Source: Candidatus Uhrbacteria bacterium (GTDB taxonomy: Bacteria; Patescibacteriota; Patescibacteriia; JACPHY01). Taken from it: a stretch of DNA of 64,000 nt. This document shows positions 36,717-45,979 of the stretch, piece by piece (the first letter of the stretch is position 1; each line of letters begins with the position of its first letter). Position numbers and translations under genes: made by a program. The notes below the pieces were generated by a model. It searched no databases. It saw only the letters and a program-made list of their open reading frames with translations, and had not been told where the DNA came from. The stretch lies in the NCBI GenBank assembly GCA_016188355.1, contig JACPHY010000002.1, positions 596 to 64,595 of the forward strand. The letters are read 5' to 3'.

Positions 36717-39563
36717 TCACGGACAGGTCAACCCTTCATCGGTCTGACCGTCGCAATCGTTGTCGATGCGATCGCACTGTTCGACACCGCCAGCGGTGAG
36801 GAAGCATCCGTACTCGCAGCCGTTGTCGATGCGACCATCCACGTTGTTCCAGCCCGCACGGCAGCCGAGGTTTGCGCAGACGCCGCTCACGCAGGATGCG
36901 GATTGCACGTTCGGGAGCGCACCGCAGTCATTACCGCAACGGCCACAATGCCGTACGTCGGTCATGACGTCGAAATCCTCATCCGCTCGAGCATCGCAAT
37001 CGTCATCGAGTCCATTGCAGACCTCGGGCACGCGATCCTGCGCGCCCACGCACGATCCCCAGAGACGGCTCGGCAGGCATTCCTGCAGGCCGACATGGCA
37101 CGTGCCCACGCCGTTCAGGACCGGATCCACCCCACACGGCCGACGGTCGCCCGGCGTACAGGTGCACCCTTCGTCCACACTCCCATCGCAATCGTCATCG
37201 ATGAGATTGTCACAGACTTCGACCGGAGCGGGGCTCGGATACTGTGATCCCCCGATGTCCGCGGAGCATCGGAAGGCCACGGTGCCCGCACACTCGTATG
37301 CACCCATCCCGCACGCGCCGATGCCGCGACAGGGCGCTCCGATGAAGAACCCCTCATCAACCTGACCGTCGCAATCATCATCGATGCGATTGCAAAGCTC
37401 CGGCATGCCGGGACGCACGCTCAGCGTCGCGTCGTCGCAATCCCCCTCGCACGGCGTATAGCCGTCCATGTCCCCGTCCCGCTCGTTGAAGGGCATCGCG
37501 CCCGAGCAGTCATCATCGCGTCGATTGCACAGTTCCGTCACCGGCGACTGCGTGCCGACGCACGGACCCTGCGCGCCACTCACGCACGTCTGCGTACCGA
37601 GCCGGCAATCGCCGCGGCAGGTCTGCGTGGCCGTATCGCAAAATGGCGCAGGAGGACCGCACACGATGCGTGCCCCATCCTCGCAGGCACAGCCCTCATC
37701 GATCGATCCGTCACAGTCGTTGTCCCGCCCATCGCATTGCCGGGTCGGTCCATCCGCCGTATCCGGAGACGGCGTGCACTGGTATTCGCATCCGTTCGCC
37801 GAATTGCGATCCGCATCCACAAATCCGGAGAGGCACGCACCGAGGAGGCAGGTCTCCCGAGCACAGGTCGCCGCGGCATTCGGGAACGCACAGGCATTGC
37901 CACAGGCACCGCAATGCCGCACATCGGACGCCACGACACTCACCGGCGCGTCATCGACGACGCGATTGCAGTCGTTGTCGATACGGTCGCAGATGTCGAT
38001 CGGTGCCGGCGTCGGATACTGGGACGCACCCGGATCGGTCGAGCAACGGCTCAGGAAGAGACCCGCGCACTCGAACTGGCCGTCCGGACACGCACCGATA
38101 CCACGGCACGGGAAACCCACGAAGAAATCCTCGTCCACATCCCCGTCGCAATCGTCATCCGACCGATTGCAGGATTCGAACTGCGCCGGATTGGTGAAAC
38201 GATCGCGATCGTTGCAATCCCCCTCGCAGATACGATAGCCATCTCGGTCGGCATCGGCTTCGTTCGCCGGGACGACGCCATCACAGTCATCGTCCACGCC
38301 GTTGCAGGACTCGATCGCCGCAGGCGGCACCGCACCCTCGCAATCGTCCCACCGAGATCCCATCGTTTCCCCATTCTCGATCACGCACGTCTGGTGCCCC
38401 ATTCGGCATCGGCCCACCCCATCGAGCTGCCAATCTGGCGCACCGTCATTGTTCCGATCGGGCAAACCGCAAGGCCGCTGTTCGTTCGGAGTGCACACGC
38501 ATCCGTTGTCCGCCATGCCATCGCAATTGTCGTCGAGGAAATTGCCGCAAACTTCTGACCGCACCGGAATGACCGGACACTGCTCACAGCCATTGGACGT
38601 ATCCCCATCCAGGTTCCGCGCGTCCAACCGACAGCCGCGGAACTCGCAATGCCCATCCACGCACGCCACGTGCGCATTGGGGATACGCGATGCGCAATCG
38701 TTCCCGCAGCGACCGCAATGCAACGCGTCCGTCATGAGGTTGAACGTCTCATCGATCTGGCCGTTGCAGTTGTCATCGATGCGGTTGCAGATTTCGGTGA
38801 CCGTGGGACCGGTCGCGCCCTCGCACGTGCTCCAGGTGCCGTCCCGCTGGCAGGTCTGCACCCCAGGACTACATGCGCCCGCACCCGAACCGCATGGGCG
38901 ATCCGGTTCACCGAAGGTGCATTCGAATCCCTCATCCACCGCGCCGTCGCAGTTGTTGTCGTCGCCGTCCGAAATCTCGACGCCGCCATTCGTTCGGAAG
39001 CAGGCGTACTCACACCCATCGCTGAGCGCGAGATTGATATTGTGGAATCCATCCGCACAGGTGACGAGCGTACACACACCGGCCACGCAGGACGTGCCAC
39101 CCGGCGCGGCATGGGGAATCTGTCGATCGCAGACCAACCCGCAGCGACCACAATGCTGCGGATCGCCCGCAAAATTGAATCCCTCATCAGCCTGGCCGTT
39201 CCCGTTGTTGTCGATACCGTCGCACACCTCGGCACCACCGGGCACGCACTGGCTGCTCTGGCAGGAAAATCCAGAGGCGCAGTCGCGGTCTTCACGGCAC
39301 TGCACCATGCAGAAGCTGCCTTCGCCCGGAATCACGCGGCACACGAGTGGCGCCACGCAATCGGAATTCCGATGACACGGTACCCGGGCACCTCCCACCG
39401 TCGATGTGGGTACGCCATGATTGGTCGGCGTACCTCCACCTGCATCGGGCAGCACGAAACCGCCGGTCGTTGCATCACTCTTGCAGCCCACCACGCTGCC
39501 GCTCCATACCGCGGCCACGACGAGCGCAGCCAAGCGGCTGGACGCCCACGCACTCATTTGCAT
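36717..39563 (-). CDS. Cys/Asp-rich repeat lipoprotein (MopE-related putative metal-binding repeats plus Stig1-like HCG.CG units), myxobacterial type
   Basis: Lipobox VVGC; more than 10 repeats of E.C(D/N)..D(D/N)(D/N)C(D/N)G..DE; four D..HCG.CG..C units; SD GGAGGT 7 nt upstream of the ATG. Confidence 0.85.
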   Translation of the reverse strand: MQMSAWASSRLAALVVAAVWSGSVVGCKSDATTGGFVLPDAGGGTPTNHGVPTSTVGGARVPCHRNSDCVAPLVCRVIPGEGSFCMVQCREDRDCASGFSCQSSQCVPGGAEVCDGIDNNGNGQADEGFNFAGDPQHCGRCGLVCDRQIPHAAPGGTSCVAGVCTLVTCADGFHNINLALSDGCEYACFRTNGGVEISDGDDNNCDGAVDEGFECTFGEPDRPCGSGAGACSPGVQTCQRDGTWSTCEGATGPTVTEICNRIDDNCNGQIDETFNLMTDALHCGRCGNDCASRIPNAHVACVDGHCEFRGCRLDARNLDGDTSNGCEQCPVIPVRSEVCGNFLDDNCDGMADNGCVCTPNEQRPCGLPDRNNDGAPDWQLDGVGRCRMGHQTCVIENGETMGSRWDDCEGAVPPAAIESCNGVDDDCDGVVPANEADADRDGYRICEGDCNDRDRFTNPAQFESCNRSDDDCDGDVDEDFFVGFPCRGIGACPDGQFECAGLFLSRCSTDPGASQYPTPAPIDICDRIDNDCNRVVDDAPVSVVASDVRHCGACGNACAFPNAAATCARETCLLGACLSGFVDADRNSANGCEYQCTPSPDTADGPTRQCDGRDNDCDGSIDEGCACEDGARIVCGPPAPFCDTATQTCRGDCRLGTQTCVSGAQGPCVGTQSPVTELCNRRDDDCSGAMPFNERDGDMDGYTPCEGDCDDATLSVRPGMPELCNRIDDDCDGQVDEGFFIGAPCRGIGACGMGAYECAGTVAFRCSADIGGSQYPSPAPVEVCDNLIDDDCDGSVDEGCTCTPGDRRPCGVDPVLNGVGTCHVGLQECLPSRLWGSCVGAQDRVPEVCNGLDDDCDARADEDFDVMTDVRHCGRCGNDCGALPNVQSASCVSGVCANLGCRAGWNNVDGRIDNGCEYGCFLTAGGVEQCDRIDNDCDGQTDEGLTCP

Positions 39564-39670
39564 GCGTTTCACCTCCCACCGCCATGCAGGCATTGCCCGC
39601 TGGCGTTTTCGGTAGTTGTGAAGGAAATGGTATTCCTGGAGCCTTCACACCTCTCTCCGGGAACGCCGTT

Positions 39671-39699
39671 ACCTTACGGATCGCCGCCGAATGTGTCAA
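39671..39699 (-). promoter_or_regulatory. Putative sigma70 promoter
   Basis: Minus strand TTGACA-17 nt-TAAGGT. Confidence 0.6.
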
Positions 39700-39732
39700 G
39701 GAACAAAAAAACGCACGATACAGCGAAAGAGA

Positions 39733-39759
39733 ATCCCGGTACGCATCGCGTACCGGGAT
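39733..39759 (-). terminator. Probable terminator hairpin
   Basis: ATCCCGGTACGC..GCGTACCGGGAT, followed by TCTCTTT on the minus strand. Confidence 0.6.
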
Positions 39760-39766
39760 GATCCAT

Positions 39767-41698
39767 CTACTCACAGGGCACATGCGGCGGCGGCATCTCG
39801 ATCTCCGACACGAGCCGACCCCCACGATTGACCAGGCGACGCTTCGCCTGACCGCTCCGGAGGCAGCGCTTGATGCGCTCCTCCGGGCTCTCGACGCGAA
39901 GCACCGCACCCGCGGGAAGCGCTTCGAGCTCCTCAAGTAACCGCCCGACCCGCTCCCGCTGTTCGTGATACTTCGGCAGGCGCGCAAACTCCAAGAATCG
40001 ACGATACGCACGCGCTGCACGCAGATACGCATCCGCAGCATCCTGAGGCGCATGCGCATCCAATTCCGCACCCGCGAGCGCGCGATACGCATCACCCAAC
40101 ACCGCGAACATTTCCGGCTCCGTGAACTTCACCTGCTCCGCATATCGTGCGTACGCCGCGATCCGGAGATAGGGATCGCCCGCGGTCTCCGCACACCGCG
40201 CTCCAGCGAGATGCGCGCCCTCACTCCCGAATCCGATCGTTGCCGTAGTCACGAGCGTCTGATAATGCGCGAGCGCGGTCACGCAGTCCCCCATGTACTG
40301 TGTCCACATCACGAGGTGCGCACGCAGAATCGCATCCCGTGGATGCACCGCCAGCACCGTATTCGCCTCACGAATCGCATCGGCCACCGCCCCGCGATTC
40401 GCTCGTGCGATGATGTCCGCACGTACGCGCGCCGTCGGATCGAGTTCGGGTTCCGGTGAGGGCGCCGGCGGTGGAACGGAGGCAGGAATCGCTGGTGTGG
40501 GATGCACCCCAGCCACCGCCGCACCAACGCGCAACGGCGGATCTGCTGGCGCCGCCGTGCGCGTCGCCTTCGGTGCCGAAGATTCCGCCACCGCAGGAGG
40601 AGTCGCCTGCTGCTCCGCGAAATGAACCGCGGGGCGAAGCGCACGACAATGCTCGATAGGCCCGACCTCCACATCCCGATACTGCACGATGATCGATCGC
40701 TCATTCCTTGTCGCTGCACGAGTGATCAGCCGTCGCTCATACGATGCCGCGTCGCGCAGCTCGTGAATCGTGAAGCCATACCGCGTACGGAATGCCTCCT
40801 TCGTCCGCACCTGCTCGAAGGTCGCACGCAGATGCTCCCGCGCCATCTGCTGATGCGCTCCGGGGAGCACCACAATGAACCGGAGGACGGGGTCGGACGT
40901 GAGCAACGCGATCATCTCCACGAACGTGGCCACATCAAAGTCATCGTCGTACCAGAGCGGCTGATCCTTGCAGGTGGTGATCGTCTTGGGATCCCGTGCA
41001 GCGGGGGGAGGCGCGATCCGTCGCACCGCAACCGATGCATCCGGAGAACCGGGAATGGGCGGCGTTCGGTCATCGACCACCCCCGGCGCAGCGCCGGGAT
41101 CCCCGCCAGTCCCTGCGCCACTCGCATCCGCGATCACATACTCGCCATCCGATTCGGTCACCGTGATGCCCGGACCGTGGAGCAACGTGCGCGGCGCTCC
41201 CGGCGCGTCCGCGAACACCGCGTCGTGCTGCGGATGCGCGATCGCCGCGTCCAACTCCGCAACGTATCGTTGCGCCGGTGCAACGTAGTAGCGCTCCTGC
41301 GGAGGACGCTGCACGACCCGCTGGAGGTACCAAGCGTAGAACCCGCGCGCTTCCATGTTCGTTTCTCGCCGTTGCTCTGAATCCTGTTGCAGCTTCCCGA
41401 CTTCGTGTGCACAGCGCGCAATCCACCAGAGGACATCGGGATCTCGCACCGCCCCGGACTGCTCCTGGTACATCCGCAGCCCCGCACCGTAGCATTCCGA
41501 CCATCGGTCCTGGTGATAGAGCGCACGCAACTGCAGCCACGCCGCACTCCGCTCTTCTGCTCGTTGCGCATCGAGACGCGGGAGCGCACGCGCTCGAGTT
41601 CCGGCGCGCCGCCCCGAACCCGATGACGGCGTTTCCGCAGCCGCACCAGCAGCCACGCTCATGATCGCAATCCATACCATTCCGCAGACTTGTCGCAT
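39767..41698 (-). CDS. Exported protein with N- and C-terminal TPR-like helical regions and Pro/Ala linkers
   Basis: Signal peptide; ..PDVLWWIARC....G....A..FY..YL TPR-like unit; C-terminal LGDAY..A...Y.RFL; SD AAGGAG. Confidence 0.7.
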   Translation of the reverse strand: MRQVCGMVWIAIMSVAAGAAAETPSSGSGRRAGTRARALPRLDAQRAEERSAAWLQLRALYHQDRWSECYGAGLRMYQEQSGAVRDPDVLWWIARCAHEVGKLQQDSEQRRETNMEARGFYAWYLQRVVQRPPQERYYVAPAQRYVAELDAAIAHPQHDAVFADAPGAPRTLLHGPGITVTESDGEYVIADASGAGTGGDPGAAPGVVDDRTPPIPGSPDASVAVRRIAPPPAARDPKTITTCKDQPLWYDDDFDVATFVEMIALLTSDPVLRFIVVLPGAHQQMAREHLRATFEQVRTKEAFRTRYGFTIHELRDAASYERRLITRAATRNERSIIVQYRDVEVGPIEHCRALRPAVHFAEQQATPPAVAESSAPKATRTAAPADPPLRVGAAVAGVHPTPAIPASVPPPAPSPEPELDPTARVRADIIARANRGAVADAIREANTVLAVHPRDAILRAHLVMWTQYMGDCVTALAHYQTLVTTATIGFGSEGAHLAGARCAETAGDPYLRIAAYARYAEQVKFTEPEMFAVLGDAYRALAGAELDAHAPQDAADAYLRAARAYRRFLEFARLPKYHEQRERVGRLLEELEALPAGAVLRVESPEERIKRCLRSGQAKRRLVNRGGRLVSEIEMPPPHVPCE

Positions 41699-41758
41699 GA
41701 TGCTGCTCCTTTCTCTCTGCAGCGCACCAAAATTACTCCCATGAAACGAACCATCGGC

Positions 41759-41787
41759 ACCGTAGCATGGAACAAATTACTTGTCAA
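41759..41787 (-). promoter_or_regulatory. Putative sigma70 promoter
   Basis: Minus strand TTGACA-17 nt (ending TGC)-TACGGT. Confidence 0.6.
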
Positions 41788-41796
41788 CAAACAGAA

Positions 41797-41825
41797 AGCA
41801 GCTGACCCGAGCTGGATCAGCTGCT
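41797..41825 (-). terminator. Probable terminator after the IMPase gene
   Basis: AGCAGCTGA..TCAGCTGCT stem, followed by TTCTGTTTGTT on the minus strand. Confidence 0.6.
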
Positions 41826-41832
41826 CCATGCA

Positions 41833-42753
41833 TCACGCGATGCGCATTCCCTGCTCCGGAATGACCCTTCCACCACTCTGTCGCTCCCACTCCGGGAGGC
41901 GAGATGCATGCAGCACGACCGTCACCCGATCGGTACGATACGGCTGCGGCAGGATGTTCGGCGCATAGCGACGGAACTCGGTGCCCGTATGATTCGCCTC
42001 GAGGAACACGAAGCCCAGATGGCGCGAGATGCCCACGACCGGCGTGAGGTCCCACGGCGTCTGCATGCCGGGCTTCAAGAAATACGCACCCACCTCTCCC
42101 TTCCAGAGTCGTGCCATGCCGATCCCGATGCTCCCACCCTCAATCTCGTGCCCCGTGAAACATCCGGAGACCGCCACCGGACCGCACACCCGCGCCACCC
42201 AATCCGGATACACGTACAAGGGATCCCGCAGCAACGCGTATTGGGAATTGAGCGGACGCCCCTCCGGAATGCTCAGGGTCTCCGCAGTCTGGAAATCCGA
42301 GATGCGGTGCAGACGTGCAGAATCGGGACGATAGCCGTATATCTCCTCGGTGTTCACGTCACCCACGTACGCCGCGACCACCGCATTCGTGGCTCCCTGA
42401 TGCACCAACGCGAGCATCGTGCCCACGCCGTGCGATTGCCGACGATGGAATGCCTTGGTGCCATCGAGCGGATCGACTGTGAAGTAGTACGGCGTCTCCG
42501 GTTCGGGCGGCGAATCGCCACCTTCTTCGGCAACGATCCCGAACGTCGGGAAGCACTCCCGAATCGACTTCAGGTAGATCGCCTGCGCAGCGAGATCGGC
42601 GCTCGTCACGATGTCCTCTCCACCATCGTATCCCGGCTTCTGCCGTGCTTCGTACAGGACACGCTGCCGCCGGATTTCCATCAATGCGCGCCGCACCACC
42701 TCCTTCATGAAGATCCCAATCAGATGCTCGTTGCACTCCCCGAAACTCGACAT
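41833..42753 (-). CDS. Inositol monophosphatase/CysQ-like (FIG superfamily) phosphatase
   Basis: VTSAD, AEEG, VDPLDGT..F, PWD motifs; SD AAGGAG. Confidence 0.85.
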   Translation of the reverse strand: MSSFGECNEHLIGIFMKEVVRRALMEIRRQRVLYEARQKPGYDGGEDIVTSADLAAQAIYLKSIRECFPTFGIVAEEGGDSPPEPETPYYFTVDPLDGTKAFHRRQSHGVGTMLALVHQGATNAVVAAYVGDVNTEEIYGYRPDSARLHRISDFQTAETLSIPEGRPLNSQYALLRDPLYVYPDWVARVCGPVAVSGCFTGHEIEGGSIGIGMARLWKGEVGAYFLKPGMQTPWDLTPVVGISRHLGFVFLEANHTGTEFRRYAPNILPQPYRTDRVTVVLHASRLPEWERQSGGRVIPEQGMRIA

Positions 42754-42785
42754 GGCGCTCTCCTTGCTCTCAGAAATGTGCCGGC

Positions 42786-43889
42786 TTAAAAGTATCGCAT
42801 GTACGCGGTATTGTCAAGCGATACCTCTGCTGCGGTCGCCGGCGATGCGTCGCGCTCCCATGGGAACTCTGGACGACCGAAATGCCCGTATGCCGCAGTG
42901 CGCTCGTAGATCGGCTGCCGGAGCCCGAGCCGTTCAATGATCGCGAGTGGTCGGAAATCAAACTCACGGCGAACCAGCGCGGAGTGATCATTGCCCGCTT
43001 CGTCTACCGCGGTCACCATGAGCGGCTCCGCGCGCCCAATCGCGTACGCGACCGATACGAGGCACGACTGCGCCAATCCCCGCGCGACCATCGCACGCGC
43101 CGCGCACCGCGCCATGTACGCCGCGGATCGATCCACCTTGGTGGGGTCTTTCCCGGAGAATGCGCCGCCCCCATGCGAGATGAGCCCGCCGTACGTATCC
43201 ACCATGAGCTTCCGACCGGTCAGTCCAGTATCCGCAGCAAATCCTCCCAGGACAAAACGGCCCGTCGGATTCACCAGGACCTCTACCCTAGACATTTCGC
43301 CAATCGTTGGTGCGATGAGCTCCCGGACGAGCGCGTCACGCATGTGGGACAGCTCGGCATCTGCGGTGTGTTGCGTGCTGATGAGGACCGTCATCACACG
43401 ATCACCCTGGAGCGTCACCTGCGCCTTCCCATCGGGCTGCAGCCAGGGATGTCGACCGCTCCGCCGGAGCGCCTCCAAGCCCCGCGTCAACCGATGTGCG
43501 AGGGTAATCGCCTTCGGCATGTACTCGGGCGTCGCATGCGTCGCATACCCGTACATGATGCCCTGATCCCCCGCTCCGCCTGTATCCACGCCCATGGCGA
43601 TATCCGGGGATTGCTGCACGATGTGCACGCGCACATCGAGATCATCCGCATACCCAATCGCACGATACACGCGACGCGCAATCGCCTCCGCATCAATGGT
43701 GGCGTGCGTGGTAATCTCCCCGCCAATAACGAGCAGCCCATGACTCCCGAACGTTTCCACGGCCACACGGCTCATCGGATCCTGCGCGAGACACGCATCA
43801 AGAATCGCGTCCGAAATCTGATCACAGACCTTATCCGGATGCCCGGACGTCACACTCTCTGCGGTCACGTACTCTGGAAAGCGCAACAT
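42786..43889 (-). CDS. metK: S-adenosylmethionine synthetase
   Basis: ESV..GHPDK.CDQISD, GAGDQG, DGKAQV, NPTG.F..GG, GLTGRK, GGGAFSGKD.TKVDRS, YGHFG. Confidence 0.97.
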   Translation of the reverse strand: MLRFPEYVTAESVTSGHPDKVCDQISDAILDACLAQDPMSRVAVETFGSHGLLVIGGEITTHATIDAEAIARRVYRAIGYADDLDVRVHIVQQSPDIAMGVDTGGAGDQGIMYGYATHATPEYMPKAITLAHRLTRGLEALRRSGRHPWLQPDGKAQVTLQGDRVMTVLISTQHTADAELSHMRDALVRELIAPTIGEMSRVEVLVNPTGRFVLGGFAADTGLTGRKLMVDTYGGLISHGGGAFSGKDPTKVDRSAAYMARCAARAMVARGLAQSCLVSVAYAIGRAEPLMVTAVDEAGNDHSALVRREFDFRPLAIIERLGLRQPIYERTAAYGHFGRPEFPWERDASPATAAEVSLDNTAYMRYF

Positions 43890-43891
43890 AA

Positions 43892-43925
43892 CAAAAAAAG
43901 ACGTTCCCCCACACTGAGGAAGCGT
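43892..43925 (-). terminator. Riboswitch expression-platform terminator
   Basis: Minus strand ACGCTTCCTCAGTGTGGGGGAACGT-CTTTTTTTG directly before the metK ATG. Confidence 0.7.
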
Positions 43926-43929
43926 ATGC

Positions 43930-44047
43930 GCAGTGCATCGTTCCCCCGCAACGGGGCTGGCAGTGGCACCACTCCGCGGACGTTCCGCGAAAGGTTGCCG
44001 GCAGGATCATGGGGCCAGGTCCCTCCCCTGCACTCGGGATTACGTAT
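43930..44047 (-). ncRNA. SAM-I (S-box) riboswitch
   Basis: Minus strand ATCCCGAG..GGAGGGA.CTGGCCC.ATGA..C.GGCAACC...GGTGCCA.TGCC...GAT matches the S-box core; upstream of metK and followed by a terminator. Confidence 0.88.
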
Positions 44048-44064
44048 ATTGTTCGACCACTTCG

Positions 44065-44093
44065 AACGTAGCATCCTCCCCACGGATCGACAA
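44065..44093 (-). promoter_or_regulatory. Putative promoter for the riboswitch-metK transcript
   Basis: Minus strand TTGTCG-17 nt (ending TGC)-TACGTT. Confidence 0.5.
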
Positions 44094-44187
44094 TGTGGAT
44101 GACTCCCCCCACTTCCCCGCGCGCGGTGATACGTTATGCTGCCGAAGGCGGCATCGCTCGTTCACAATTCCACCAGCCGGAGGCACC

Positions 44188-45195
44188 ATGCAGTACCCGC
44201 GCCATATCATCAGCACGGAACAGTTCCTCGACCGCGACCTCCTCCAGGATCTCTTCACCCTCACCGATCACTACCGAGCCGCAGACGCGGAGCATGCGGT
44301 GCCGCGCCCGCTCGTCGGCAAGCTCATCGCCAGCCTCTTCTACGAAGCCAGCACCCGCACCCGCATGTCCTTCGAAGCGGCGATGCGAAAACTCGGGGGC
44401 GACGTCATCACCACGGAGAATGCGCGCAAGTTCTCCTCAGTTGCGAAAGGCGAAACGCTCGCCGACACCATCCGCGTCATCGGAGGATATGTGGAGGCGA
44501 TCATCCTCCGCCATCATCAAGAAGGTGCCGCCGAACGCGCCGCAACCGTTGCACCGGTACCCATCATCAATGCGGGTGATGGCGCAGGAGAACACCCCAC
44601 CCAGGCACTGCTCGATCTCTACACGATCCGATCGGAACTCAAACGACTCGATACGTTCCGCATTGCACTCATGGGAGACCTCCGCTACGGACGCACCATT
44701 CACTCCCTCGTACGCCTCCTCACGCAGTGCCCCAACGTGCACGTGTACCTCGTCTCGCCCGAAGCGCTTCGCCTTCCACCGCAGTACATCCACATCCTCA
44801 ACGCGCATGGCATCCCCTACAAGGAAATGATCTCCTTCGAGGAAGTGCCCCGCAATCTCGATGTGGTCTATATCCTCCGCATCCAGAAGGAACGCAAAAA
44901 ACACTCCGAGGGGCGTCGCTCCGCAGGGAAGGATCTCCACGAAAAAGCGGCTCCCTCCCCCGCAGCGCCCCACGTCCTCCACGATCAACTGCATTGTGCT
45001 CCGTACCGACTGGATCCCGAGGTGCTGGAACGCTGCGCACCGAACGCCATCATCCTGCACCCGCTGCCGCGCACGAACGAACTCGATCCTGCAGTGGACC
45101 GCAGCCCCCGTGCGGCGTACTTCCGACAGGCACGAAACGGCCTCTACCTCCGCATGGCACTCCTGAGTCGCGTGCTCGCGCCCAACCATTTCTGA
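44188..45195 (+). CDS. pyrB: Aspartate carbamoyltransferase catalytic subunit
   Basis: FYEASTRTR.SF, KGETL.DT, INAGDG..EHPTQ.LLD, GDL.YGRT, RIQKER, HPLPR, YF.QA; SD GGAGG. Confidence 0.95.
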   Translation: MQYPRHIISTEQFLDRDLLQDLFTLTDHYRAADAEHAVPRPLVGKLIASLFYEASTRTRMSFEAAMRKLGGDVITTENARKFSSVAKGETLADTIRVIGGYVEAIILRHHQEGAAERAATVAPVPIINAGDGAGEHPTQALLDLYTIRSELKRLDTFRIALMGDLRYGRTIHSLVRLLTQCPNVHVYLVSPEALRLPPQYIHILNAHGIPYKEMISFEEVPRNLDVVYILRIQKERKKHSEGRRSAGKDLHEKAAPSPAAPHVLHDQLHCAPYRLDPEVLERCAPNAIILHPLPRTNELDPAVDRSPRAAYFRQARNGLYLRMALLSRVLAPNHF

Positions 45196-45201
45196 CACGA
45201 A

Positions 45202-45227
45202 CGACTCCCCGAACATTCGGGGAGTCG
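45202..45227. terminator. Hairpin between convergent genes
   Basis: CGACTCCCCGAA..TTCGGGGAGTCG. Confidence 0.55.
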
Positions 45228-45244
45228 ATTGCGTGGCACGCGAA

Positions 45245-45919
45245 TCATCCCTGCGACACCACGGGTCGCACCGCCGTCGCGGAGGGTGGCGCCTCGATCG
45301 CTGGCACTGCTCGTGCGCGTCGGTGCCATTGATACCGCAACACCGCTACCGCGAGCACGGCGCCCATGACATTCATGAGGAGGTCGTTTGCCGTATCCGG
45401 TCCATCTCCCAATCGATTCGTGTGAAACAGCACGTCCTCGGCGTATTCCTCGAGCTCATACAGCACGCCTGCCGTAATACCCAACGTCACCACGGACAAC
45501 ATCCGAGGAGCATGTGGTGATGCTCGCCCATACCATTGCGCACGATCGCTCCACAGACCCAACACAAGTGTCGCCAGTGTGCTGCCGATGAGATGCGCGA
45601 CTTGATCATACCAGGACCATTGCACATACAACCGCAGGATGTCCCCCAACGCATCCACCATGACCCCAACCACGGCAATCGGCCACACGATCGCGGGATA
45701 CCGATAGCCGTAAGTTGCCAGCAGGAAGAACTCCGAGAGCTCCAGAAAACCCCACACCACCACCAACGTCGTGAACAATCCAATCCACGTGAAGGCGATC
45801 GGATACCGAAACGCCCCCAGCAATCCAATCCCCTCGAACACCAACAAGAGCGCGAATATGCCGCGCGCTCCGTATCGCACCCATTGTCCGATCATCGTCG
45901 GCCGGGCACGAAATTCCAT
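45245..45919 (-). CDS. Multi-pass membrane protein (YjdF/DUF2238-like)
   Basis: Several TM segments; WYD...H, YELEEY..D, DT..DL motifs. Confidence 0.7.
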   Translation of the reverse strand: MEFRARPTMIGQWVRYGARGIFALLLVFEGIGLLGAFRYPIAFTWIGLFTTLVVVWGFLELSEFFLLATYGYRYPAIVWPIAVVGVMVDALGDILRLYVQWSWYDQVAHLIGSTLATLVLGLWSDRAQWYGRASPHAPRMLSVVTLGITAGVLYELEEYAEDVLFHTNRLGDGPDTANDLLMNVMGAVLAVAVLRYQWHRRARAVPAIEAPPSATAVRPVVSQG

Positions 45920-45979
45920 ACCGGCCGAGTATACCTGATTGCACGCCAACCGTCGAGCCATTGGCACCCCCAGCACCCC

